64,000 bases of DNA from an uncultured delta proteobacterium (GTDB taxonomy: Bacteria; Desulfobacterota; Binatia; Binatales; Binataceae). Location of the stretch: contig CAWJET010000002.1 of the NCBI GenBank assembly GCA_963842085.1, positions 224,001 to 288,000 on the forward strand, read 5' to 3'. Position 1 is the first letter of the stretch; the number at the start of each line of letters is the position of its first letter. Made by a program: the position numbers and the translations under genes. This document shows, piece after piece, positions 18,991 to 27,804 of this stretch. Under the pieces are notes generated by a model that searched no databases, was not told the origin of the DNA, and saw only the letters and a program-made list of their open reading frames with translations.

Positions 18991-20234
18991 TTCAGTCTGG
19001 CTCCAGCGAGTTCGGTGGCTCTGGAAGCCACTTTGGCCGCTGCGGCGACGATGTCGTCGAGGTCGCGGTCGTCGCCCAGCAGGCATTCGTGCGGGATCGA
19101 AACGAGCGCGTGCTCGAAGAGGCGTTCGGCGACGGGGCAATCGATCGCGGTATCAGGATTGGCGCCGGCAAGCTCGCAGGCTTTGCGATAGGCGGCGGAC
19201 TCGCGCGGGAACAGTGCGGAGCGATAGACAGGATCGTTGGCGACGCCGCATGGAATGCCTTCGGCGCGAAGTGCGCGGACGAATCGATTACGCGACGCGC
19301 CAAGCGCGGATTCGTCGATGAGAAAAACGAATGCGTAGATGACTTCGCGCGTGACGCGTGGATCGCGCGCGACCGGCGTCAGTCCCCTGACGGCGGCGAG
19401 TCCTTCGCGCAGGCGGGCGGCGGCGCGGCTCTTGTGCTCGATCTGTTCGGGGATGCGCGCGAGCTGCGCGAGCAGGATGCCGCATTGCCATTCGGTCATG
19501 CGGTAGTTCGCGCCCATCAGCGGACCTTCGAAGTGATCGCCGGGGCGGCGCCGTCCACAATTGATCAGCGACTGGCATCGCTGCTCGAGATCGGGGTCGT
19601 CGGTTACGATCATCCCGCCTTCGCCCGCAGTCATCGGCTTGGAGGACTGGAAACTGAAGCATCCGAGAGCGCCGTGAGTGCCGACGCCGCGATCGCGGAA
19701 TCGAGCGCCGGGGACGTGAGCGCAATCCTCGACCAGTGGAATCGAATTCGCGCGCGAAATTTCGGCGAGCGCGTCGAGGTCGGCGAGTGACGCGCCGTAA
19801 TGGACCGGAATGATGGCCTTGGTGCGGCGCGTGATGAGGCGCTTGACGGATTCGGGATCGATGCATGCGTTGGCGGCGCTGACGTCGGCGAAGACGGGAC
19901 GCGCCATGCATGCGACGGCGGCGTAAGGGGTCGCGGCGAAAGTGATCGCGGGGACGATGACCTCGTCACCGGCGCCGATGCCGAGCGCTTTGAGGGCGAC
20001 CTCGAGTGCGCTGGTGCCGGAAGTGGTCGGGATGGCGAAGCGAGCGCCCTGATACGCGGCGAAGGCCGCGGCGAACCCGGCGGCCTTGCGATTGGGGCTG
20101 GGGTAGCCGCCCCAGCTTGACGAGGTAAGGACGTCCTCGAGTTGCGCGCGTTCGCGGGCGTCGAAGACTGGCCACGGCGGGAAGGGGCGGGTGCGAAGGG
20201 GCTGTCCGCCGAGGATTGCGAGGGTGGAGGGCAT
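18987..20234 (-). CDS. DegT/DnrJ/EryC1/StrS PLP aminotransferase (AHBA-synthase/aminocyclitol aminotransferase-like subgroup)
   Basis: LAILGGQP...FPPWP N-terminus, SGTSAL, EDCAH, FSFQSSK.MTAGEGG and NYRMTEWQ motifs. Confidence 0.9.
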   Translation of the reverse strand: MPSTLAILGGQPLRTRPFPPWPVFDARERAQLEDVLTSSSWGGYPSPNRKAAGFAAAFAAYQGARFAIPTTSGTSALEVALKALGIGAGDEVIVPAITFAATPYAAVACMARPVFADVSAANACIDPESVKRLITRRTKAIIPVHYGASLADLDALAEISRANSIPLVEDCAHVPGARFRDRGVGTHGALGCFSFQSSKPMTAGEGGMIVTDDPDLEQRCQSLINCGRRRPGDHFEGPLMGANYRMTEWQCGILLAQLARIPEQIEHKSRAAARLREGLAAVRGLTPVARDPRVTREVIYAFVFLIDESALGASRNRFVRALRAEGIPCGVANDPVYRSALFPRESAAYRKACELAGANPDTAIDCPVAERLFEHALVSIPHECLLGDDRDLDDIVAAAAKVASRATELAGARLK

Positions 20235-20358
20235 CGAGGTTAATCTAAACTATTACTTTAAGCACAAAAAGTCGTTGGCATGTGGGCGAATCGCACCTCC
20301 GTCAGATCGAAACCGGCGCGATTCTGATTCATCGAGTTCAGGCGAAAACGGCGATTTT

Positions 20359-20447
20359 ATACCATATGTTGTGGTTTTGGGACGGCTGCGGTCTATCGGT
20401 GGGTTCGTTCCGTCAAAAAGTGATTTCCGTGCGGAGAACCGGCGTCG
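20359..20447. repeat. Dispersed ~90-bp intergenic element, copy 1 (contains an NrdR-box-like 16-mer)
   Basis: Aligns by eye with 49033-49119; shared core GGACG(G/A)CTGCGGTCTA..GGTGGGTTCGTTCCGTCAAAA. Confidence 0.8.
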
Positions 20448-20468
20448 CTCCAGTTCGGGCGACGCCGG
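20439..20468. terminator. GC-rich hairpin, possible terminator downstream of the ABM gene
   Basis: CCGGCGTCGC-N10-GCGACGCCGG perfect 10-bp stem about 95 bp past the minus-strand stop at 20564; weak U-tract. Confidence 0.45.
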
Positions 20469-20563
20469 GATTTGATGACGCCTATCCACACCTTACTCGT
20501 ATCACAGAAAATCCGACTCGGTCAGGCTGAATGGTTCATCCCCAACCGTTCTCGCCATCGATG

Positions 20564-20863
20564 CTACTTGCGGGCGACTTCGGTGAGTACCGCGATTTCG
20601 GGGCGGCCGGCCAGCAGGGCGCCGATTTTCCCGCCGAAGGCTTTCATGTGATCGGTCTTGCCGTGCGCGTCGAGCGCGGCCTGGTCCTGGTAAACCTCGT
20701 AGTAGATGAATTCGGTTGGGTCCTTGGTATTTTTGTGGAGGACATAGGCGAGGGTGCCGGGCTCGGCGGTTTTCACCGTCGCGATCATTTCCCTGCCCGC
20801 GGCTTCGAATGCGGCTTCGCTGCCGGGCTTCACTTTCAGTTTCGCGATCACGGTAATCGGCAT
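20564..20863 (-). CDS. Antibiotic biosynthesis monooxygenase (ABM)/putative quinol monooxygenase
   Basis: VIAKLKVKPG, EPGTLAYVLH, YEVYQDQAALDAH; AGGAG RBS. Confidence 0.9.
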   Translation of the reverse strand: MPITVIAKLKVKPGSEAAFEAAGREMIATVKTAEPGTLAYVLHKNTKDPTEFIYYEVYQDQAALDAHGKTDHMKAFGGKIGALLAGRPEIAVLTEVARK

Positions 20864-21140
20864 CGTGGGTCTCCTTGAAGAATCAGATTCATCTACCGTG
20901 GTATCCGCACGCGCGCGGTTTTTCAAGGCAAATCGGCAGGGCACGCCCTGCACCGAGTGGTTCTTGGATTGTTCTCCCGTCTCGTGCTCCTTCGTCGCAC
21001 TGCATTGTCTGCCACCCCAAAGGGGTGCGACGGCGCCGTACGGTCCCAGAATCCAGAGCGCGGCGGCTCTTTCATTGCATCGCGCGGTCGGTTAACACCA
21101 GTTGCTGCGAGCTGAAGATCGATAGCGGGAGAATATCACG

Positions 21141-22283
21141 ATGCTTGGTTTCGATTTGACCGACGAACAGCGCGAACTGAAAGAGCTGGCGCATAAGTTT
21201 GCCGAGCAGGAAATAATACCGCGCGCACGCGAATACGACGAGAAGGAAATTTTTCCGGTGGACGTGTGCGAGAAGGCGTTCGCAGCGGGGCTGATGAATT
21301 TCGGCGTGCCGAAGGAGCTGGGCGGGCCGGGACTCGGCGTGCTCGACACGAGCCTGATCGTCGAAGAGCTGAACTACGGATGCGCGGGAATCTCGAACGC
21401 GGTGGGAGCCAACGACCTGGCGACGCTGCCGATTCTGATCGCGGGCAACGAGGCGCAGAAGCGGACCTACCTGGGGCAGTTGGTCAAGAAGCTGACGTTC
21501 TGCGCGTTCGCGATCACGGAACCGGGCGCGGGCTCGGACGTCGCCGCGATGAGCACGGCGTACCGGCGCGAGGGCGACGAGTTCGTCCTCAACGGCACCA
21601 AGCATTTCATCTCGAACGGGTCGCGCGCGGACTGGTACGTCACCTTCGCGACCTCGGACAAGCGGCTCAAGCACAAGGGCATCTCGTGCTTCGTGTTTCC
21701 GTCGAGCGTGTCGGGAATCACGCGCAACCGGATGCATGGAAAGCTCGGGCAACGCGCGGCCGACACCGGCGAAATCTTTTACGAGGACGTGCGAATCCCG
21801 GCCAGCGCGCTGGTCGGGCGCGAGGGCGAGGGTTTCAAGTATGCGATGGCGACGTTCGATCACAGCCGGCCGGAGATTGGCGCGATCGCAATCGGGATCG
21901 CGCAGCGCGCGCTCGACGAATGCCTGAAGTACTCGAAGCAACGCAACGCTTTCGGGCAGCCGATCGCAAACTTCCAGGCGATCCAGTTCATGATGGCGGA
22001 CATGGCGATCGAAATCGAAGCGATGCGGCTGCTGACCTACAAGGCGGCGTGGCTGGTCGATCGCGGCGAGGGCGCCAACACGATTTCAGCCTATGCGAAG
22101 GCATTCAGCGCCGACGCGACGATGCGGATCACGACCGACGCGGTGCAGATTTTCGGCGGCTACGGCTACATGAAGGAATACCCGGTCGAGAAGCTGATGC
22201 GCGACGCGAAGCTGCTGCAGATTTACGAAGGCACGTCGCAGATCCAGCGCGTCGTGATCGCGCGGAATTTGTTGAAGGAGTGA
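21141..22283 (+). CDS. Acyl-CoA dehydrogenase
   Basis: FAITEPGAGSD, LNGTKHFISNG, R.AFGQPI..FQAIQF, QIFGGYGY and IYEGTSQIQR motifs. Confidence 0.97.
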   Translation: MLGFDLTDEQRELKELAHKFAEQEIIPRAREYDEKEIFPVDVCEKAFAAGLMNFGVPKELGGPGLGVLDTSLIVEELNYGCAGISNAVGANDLATLPILIAGNEAQKRTYLGQLVKKLTFCAFAITEPGAGSDVAAMSTAYRREGDEFVLNGTKHFISNGSRADWYVTFATSDKRLKHKGISCFVFPSSVSGITRNRMHGKLGQRAADTGEIFYEDVRIPASALVGREGEGFKYAMATFDHSRPEIGAIAIGIAQRALDECLKYSKQRNAFGQPIANFQAIQFMMADMAIEIEAMRLLTYKAAWLVDRGEGANTISAYAKAFSADATMRITTDAVQIFGGYGYMKEYPVEKLMRDAKLLQIYEGTSQIQRVVIARNLLKE

Positions 22284-22303
22284 ACCAGCAACTTTATTGT
22301 AAC

Positions 22304-22371
22304 GAAACCCGCCGTGGGTTTCGTGCTTCCTTGGGCAGGGCTGTCGCCACCGGCGCGGACCCCTGCACCTT
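22304..22371. repeat. Small dispersed palindromic element (second copy at 61675-61727)
   Basis: GAAACCCG...TTTC...CTTCCTT.GGCAGGGCT...CCCTGCACCTT shared by both sites, each just after a stop codon. Confidence 0.55.
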
Positions 22372-22391
22372 GGTATCAAGAGGGTAGCGCG

Positions 22392-22679
22392 TCAGTCCGC
22401 AGGCGTCGCGACAGGATGCGGGATCGGCGGGTCTTCGTCGGCAGGCTCGTTGCCGGTGATAGAGCCGACGTAACCGCCCTCGTGATAGACGTCGACCTGG
22501 CCGGTGGTCGGGTCGGGCAGCAGGTTCCATTCGTCGGGGGGCGGCTGATCGGTGGAGGGCGGCATATAGACGATCGGCTCAGGTGCGGGAGCAGGGGGCG
22601 GCGGCGGAGTCGCGGAGCATGCCGCGATCGCGATGGACAAAAGCAGAGGGAACGCGGCTCGCGAAATCCTTTGATTCAT
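22392..22679 (-). CDS. Small proline-rich lipoprotein
   Basis: Lipobox IAAC after a hydrophobic stretch; Pro-rich linker. Confidence 0.7.
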   Translation of the reverse strand: MNQRISRAAFPLLLSIAIAACSATPPPPPAPAPEPIVYMPPSTDQPPPDEWNLLPDPTTGQVDVYHEGGYVGSITGNEPADEDPPIPHPVATPAD

Positions 22680-22774
22680 GGTGCGTCGGTAATTCGCGCA
22701 GAGAAGAATCTAGAGATTATCTTGTCGCCAGATTGCACGAATCGCAAGTGGCGCGGCGCCAACGACGGCGAGCG

Positions 22775-23716
<942 letters not shown>

Positions 23717-23731
23717 AGTAGTTATCCCGGG

Positions 23732-24916
23732 TCAGCGGCGGTTTTCGCGCACGATGGCGCGGACGGTTTCGATCACGTAGGCGACGTCGTCGTCGGTCAT
23801 CGCGGCGTAGATGGGGAGCGACAGGCAGCGGCTGAAAATGTCTTCGGCGACGGGAAAGTCGCCGTCGCGGTAGCCGTAAGTGCGCTGATAGTAGTGCATC
23901 GTGTGCAGCGGGATGCAGTGCACGGAGCATCCGACGCCGCGCTCGCGCAGCATCTCGACGAACTGATTGCGGCCGAGCTTGAGGCGTTCGGGGCGCAGCC
24001 GCAGCACGTAGAGATGCCAGGCGTGCTCGATGCCGGGCTCGGAGTACGCGGGCTGCAGGGCGTCGTCGGCGCGGAAGGCCTGGTTGTAGGCGAGCGCGAT
24101 TTCGTTGCGCCGGCGCATGAAGCCGTCGGCGCGCTTGAGCTGGGCCAAGCCGATGGCGGCGTGCACGTCGGACAGGTTGTACTTGAAGCCCATGTCGTGG
24201 ATCTCGTAGTACCACGAGCCGCTCTTGTCGTAGCGCTTCCACGCGTCCTTGTTCATTCCGTGCAGGCTGGCAATCGCGATTTTTTCGGCGAGTGCGTCGT
24301 CGGCGGTGGTGATCATGCCGCCCTCAGCGGTGGTGAAATTTTTGGTGGCGTAGAAGCTGAAGCAGGTGAGGTCGCCGATGGCGCCGATTTTCGCCACCCC
24401 GCGTCCGTCCATGTGGCGCGCGGAGCCGGCGGCGTGGGCGGCGTCCTCGACGACTTTCAGATTGTAGGTGCGCGCGATGTTGAGAATGCGATCCATGTCG
24501 CAAGCGTGGCCGGCGAAGTGCACGGGCAGGATCGCGCGGACGCGCCGGTGGGCGCCGCTTTCCAGCGCCTCCTCGATGCGGGCGGGGTTGATGTTGAAGG
24601 TGCCGGGATCGACGTCGACGAACACCGGGCGCGCGCCGAGGTAGCCGAGAATCTCGGCGGTCGCGGTGAAGGTGAACGGGGTGGTGATAACCTCGTCGCC
24701 GGGGCCGATGCCGAGCGCCCATAGCGAAAGATGGAGCGCGCCGGTGCAATGCGCGACGGCGAGCGCGTGCTTCGCGCCGACGTATTCCGCGAACTCACTC
24801 TCGAAGCGCTTGGCCTTGGGGCCGGTGGTGATCCATCCGGAGCGCAGCGTGTCGAGCACCTCGCGCTCCTCGTCGGGTCCAATCGACGGACGATGGAATG
24901 CTACTTGTCGCATCAT
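23732..24916 (-). CDS. DegT-family sugar aminotransferase (ArnB/SpsC-like)
   Basis: SGWITTGPK, EDAAHA, FSFYATKN.TTAEGG and GFKYNLSD motifs. Confidence 0.92.
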   Translation of the reverse strand: MMRQVAFHRPSIGPDEEREVLDTLRSGWITTGPKAKRFESEFAEYVGAKHALAVAHCTGALHLSLWALGIGPGDEVITTPFTFTATAEILGYLGARPVFVDVDPGTFNINPARIEEALESGAHRRVRAILPVHFAGHACDMDRILNIARTYNLKVVEDAAHAAGSARHMDGRGVAKIGAIGDLTCFSFYATKNFTTAEGGMITTADDALAEKIAIASLHGMNKDAWKRYDKSGSWYYEIHDMGFKYNLSDVHAAIGLAQLKRADGFMRRRNEIALAYNQAFRADDALQPAYSEPGIEHAWHLYVLRLRPERLKLGRNQFVEMLRERGVGCSVHCIPLHTMHYYQRTYGYRDGDFPVAEDIFSRCLSLPIYAAMTDDDVAYVIETVRAIVRENRR

Positions 24917-25006
24917 GTGTGATTCGGTTGAATTCGGCGCAACCCGTTTGCCGGGTTAGCTTCGGAGTATAAGGGATAGGTCAAAAGCGGAGCAAGGCGG
25001 AAGTCG

Positions 25007-26668
25007 ATGAGGCGCGCAGGATGGGCCGCGGCAGCGGCGGTGGTCGGATGGTATGTGTTTGCGCTTTGGGTATTGCATCCGCTGACCGACGCGCCGGTGG
25101 TGGATAGCTGGCTGTATGGCTCGGCCGTGCGGCGCTTTCTGCGCACGGGCGAGATCAGGTTTGCCGGCTATACGCAGGCGATGCCGATAGCGCAGGTCGT
25201 CTACGGCGTAGCGTGGGCGCACGCGTTCGGCGGGAACTCGGTGTCGCTGGAGCTTTCGACAGTGACGCTGGCGGTGCTGTGCGGAGTGATGTTCCATGCG
25301 CTGGCGCTCCGATGCGGCGCGCCGCGATGGCAGGCGCTGGCGGCGACGGGGCTGCTGATCTGCAATCCTTGCTTCACCTTCCTGAGCTTTTCGTTCATGA
25401 CCGAAATTCCGTTCCTGACGGCGATGGTCGCGGCGCACCTGGCGTTCGCCAAAGCGGAAGGACCGCGCGAGCGGTTGTGGCTGTGGCTGTCGGCGGCGAT
25501 GGCGGTGATCGCTTTCCTGATCCGGCCGTTCGGCGCGATGGCGATTGCCGGGTGCGTCGGCGCGATGATCCTTTACGACGCGGGGCCGCGAGGACCGAAT
25601 CGCTGGAATCGGGCGCAGGCGATCAGGATGATGGCGCCGTTCGGCGCGGCGCTGGCAATTTGCGCGGGGCTGTGGATTTGGCTGACGGTCCTGGGCCCGA
25701 AACCGTGGGACCTGCAGCTCAACGAAATGCATCTCCGCTACCTTTTTCAGGTGCCGCTGGCCAATTACCTCCGCGCGGGTGTGCTCGGCCCGGCGCTTTA
25801 TCTGGGCACGGTGCTGTCGCCGCTTGCAATTTTACAATTCACGATGCCACGCTGGCGGCGGGTGGTAATGGGCGCCGGGGTAATTTTCGCCTCCGCACTG
25901 ATCCTGATGGAGCTAGACGATCTGCTGCCGGTGACGCCCGAGTACAGTTGCTTTGGCGGATGGCACAACGTGCTGATACTGCGCGGGGGCTCGAATCGAT
26001 TTTTATGGGAGGACGATTGGCAATACGCGTTCCTGGCGCTGGCGAGCGTGGGTGCCGCGGGATTTTTCGCCGCCTTTGCGGAAATCTTCAGAACTTTGGG
26101 ACGAGCGGCTGCGGCGCTCGTGATGGCGGCGACAATTTACTGGGCCTCGACGATACCGCTGTGGTTTTACAACGACCGCTACTACCTGGTGCTGGTCCCG
26201 GCCGGCGCGCTCGTACTTGCGCTCGCGCCGATCCCGCGAAGCAGGCTGGTGCAGGCCGCGGCATTTGCGATGACGCTGGCGATGGGCCTGATGTCGCTCG
26301 GCGGGACCTATGCGTATCAGCGCGGGCTGGCGGTGATCCTGGCGACGCGCAACGAACTGGAACGCGAGGGCGTTGCACGCTCAGCGATCGACGCCGGCTA
26401 CGCACTCAACGGCGAGGATCTTTACCGGTATCCCAAGCATGGGATTGAAACGATGCAGCTCGAAGCTGGAATCCCGATGATCACGTCGCAGAAAGCGGGT
26501 GAATACACGATCACGAGCCAGCCTGGCGCCGGCGTCGATGTTATGCGGCGGCTCAAGTGGCCGGGACCGTTCGGGCTGGGCCATCGGTACTTATACCTGG
26601 TGAGGAACCACGTCGCAGGCGGCGGCAATCCGCCGAAGGCGTTACCGGCGGGGCCGCCGCGGAACTAG
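25007..26668 (+). CDS. GT-C membrane glycosyltransferase (GT39/ArnT-like)
   Basis: Acidic DAPVVDSWLY loop after TM1, NP..TFLSFSFMTEIPF, IRPFG and DRYYL motifs; many TM segments. Confidence 0.7.
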   Translation: MRRAGWAAAAAVVGWYVFALWVLHPLTDAPVVDSWLYGSAVRRFLRTGEIRFAGYTQAMPIAQVVYGVAWAHAFGGNSVSLELSTVTLAVLCGVMFHALALRCGAPRWQALAATGLLICNPCFTFLSFSFMTEIPFLTAMVAAHLAFAKAEGPRERLWLWLSAAMAVIAFLIRPFGAMAIAGCVGAMILYDAGPRGPNRWNRAQAIRMMAPFGAALAICAGLWIWLTVLGPKPWDLQLNEMHLRYLFQVPLANYLRAGVLGPALYLGTVLSPLAILQFTMPRWRRVVMGAGVIFASALILMELDDLLPVTPEYSCFGGWHNVLILRGGSNRFLWEDDWQYAFLALASVGAAGFFAAFAEIFRTLGRAAAALVMAATIYWASTIPLWFYNDRYYLVLVPAGALVLALAPIPRSRLVQAAAFAMTLAMGLMSLGGTYAYQRGLAVILATRNELEREGVARSAIDAGYALNGEDLYRYPKHGIETMQLEAGIPMITSQKAGEYTITSQPGAGVDVMRRLKWPGPFGLGHRYLYLVRNHVAGGGNPPKALPAGPPRN

Positions 26669-27747
26669 CTGGCGCTGCCGGGGGCGGGGCCCGGCATCAC
26701 GTAGGTCGGGACGCCGCTCTTCTGCTCGACGGCCTTTTCGAGCTTCTGCATATCGATCTGATCGGTAAATCCCTGCCGATCCGCTTCCTTCTGTGCGTAG
26801 GCCCACAGGCCGGCGTACTTGCCATAGAGATCTTCGTGGACTTCGACGTAAAGCGAGTCGCCGCGCCATCCGAACTTCACCGGCTGATAGACGAACATCC
26901 CCGGCGTGCCGATTTTCACCTTGTTGAAGAGCCGTTCGATGTCCTCGGGATAAAGCCGGATGCATCCATGGCTGACTTCCATGCCGACGCCCCACGGTAC
27001 GTTGGTGCCATGCAGCGCGTACTCGGGCAGAGTCAGTTCGATCCGGTAATGGCCGAGCGGATTGTCGGGATCGTCGCCCGAGACCATGTGCTCGGCTTCA
27101 CCGTCACGCTCGAGATGTTCTTCGTAGATGTCCTCGGGCACGACCCAGGTCGGATTGCGAGTCTTGCCGCGGACCCTGAAATCTCCGACCGGGGTTTTCC
27201 AATCGAAACGCCCGAGGCCGACGGGGAATGTGTAGACAACAGACGGCGTGACTCCGCCCGCGTGCTTTTTGCCGGATTCGAACTTGGCAGGTGTGACTTT
27301 ACCTTTGCTGTGGAGCGGTCCGGTCGGCGACGGAAAATAATAGTAGATCCGCATCTCGGGGATGTTCAGGACGATCCCGACGTGAGGGGTGTCGGGCAGA
27401 ATGTGCTCGTCGGGCAGAATGATCACCCTGCCGGCCGGGGGCGCCCACCAGTCGACTCCGGCGTTGGCGTTGGAAATTTCCTTGGCGGTCACGCCGAACC
27501 ATCGCCCGACGTCGAGCAGCGTGTCGCCTTTCTGGATCTGATAGGTGATTAGATTGCCGATGATGTTGTTCTTGCCGTGCGGGAGCGGGAAAGCGTAAAG
27601 CGGACGTTTCTCGAATTCAGCTTCGGTCCACGCGCCGTTGGCGGCGGGAATCGCGACCAACGCAACCAGCAGCAGGGCGGGGAAAAATCGAATCGCGATG
27701 TTAATCAAGCGCTTCATGAAACTTCCGGGTAGCTTGAGAGAATTCAT
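26665..27747 (-). CDS. L,D-transpeptidase with LysM-like domain (ErfK/YbiS/YcfS family)
   Basis: YQIQKGDTL, NIPEMRIYY, NPTW, NPLG and HGT...VGMEVSHGCIRL motifs. Start may be the second Met (MKRLIN). Confidence 0.93.
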   Translation of the reverse strand: MNSLKLPGSFMKRLINIAIRFFPALLLVALVAIPAANGAWTEAEFEKRPLYAFPLPHGKNNIIGNLITYQIQKGDTLLDVGRWFGVTAKEISNANAGVDWWAPPAGRVIILPDEHILPDTPHVGIVLNIPEMRIYYYFPSPTGPLHSKGKVTPAKFESGKKHAGGVTPSVVYTFPVGLGRFDWKTPVGDFRVRGKTRNPTWVVPEDIYEEHLERDGEAEHMVSGDDPDNPLGHYRIELTLPEYALHGTNVPWGVGMEVSHGCIRLYPEDIERLFNKVKIGTPGMFVYQPVKFGWRGDSLYVEVHEDLYGKYAGLWAYAQKEADRQGFTDQIDMQKLEKAVEQKSGVPTYVMPGPAPGSAS

Positions 27748-27804
27748 GCGAACGATCCAGGTGCGGACGGCGTCGTAGCATTCACAGAAATGATAGCGGC
27801 GCGA

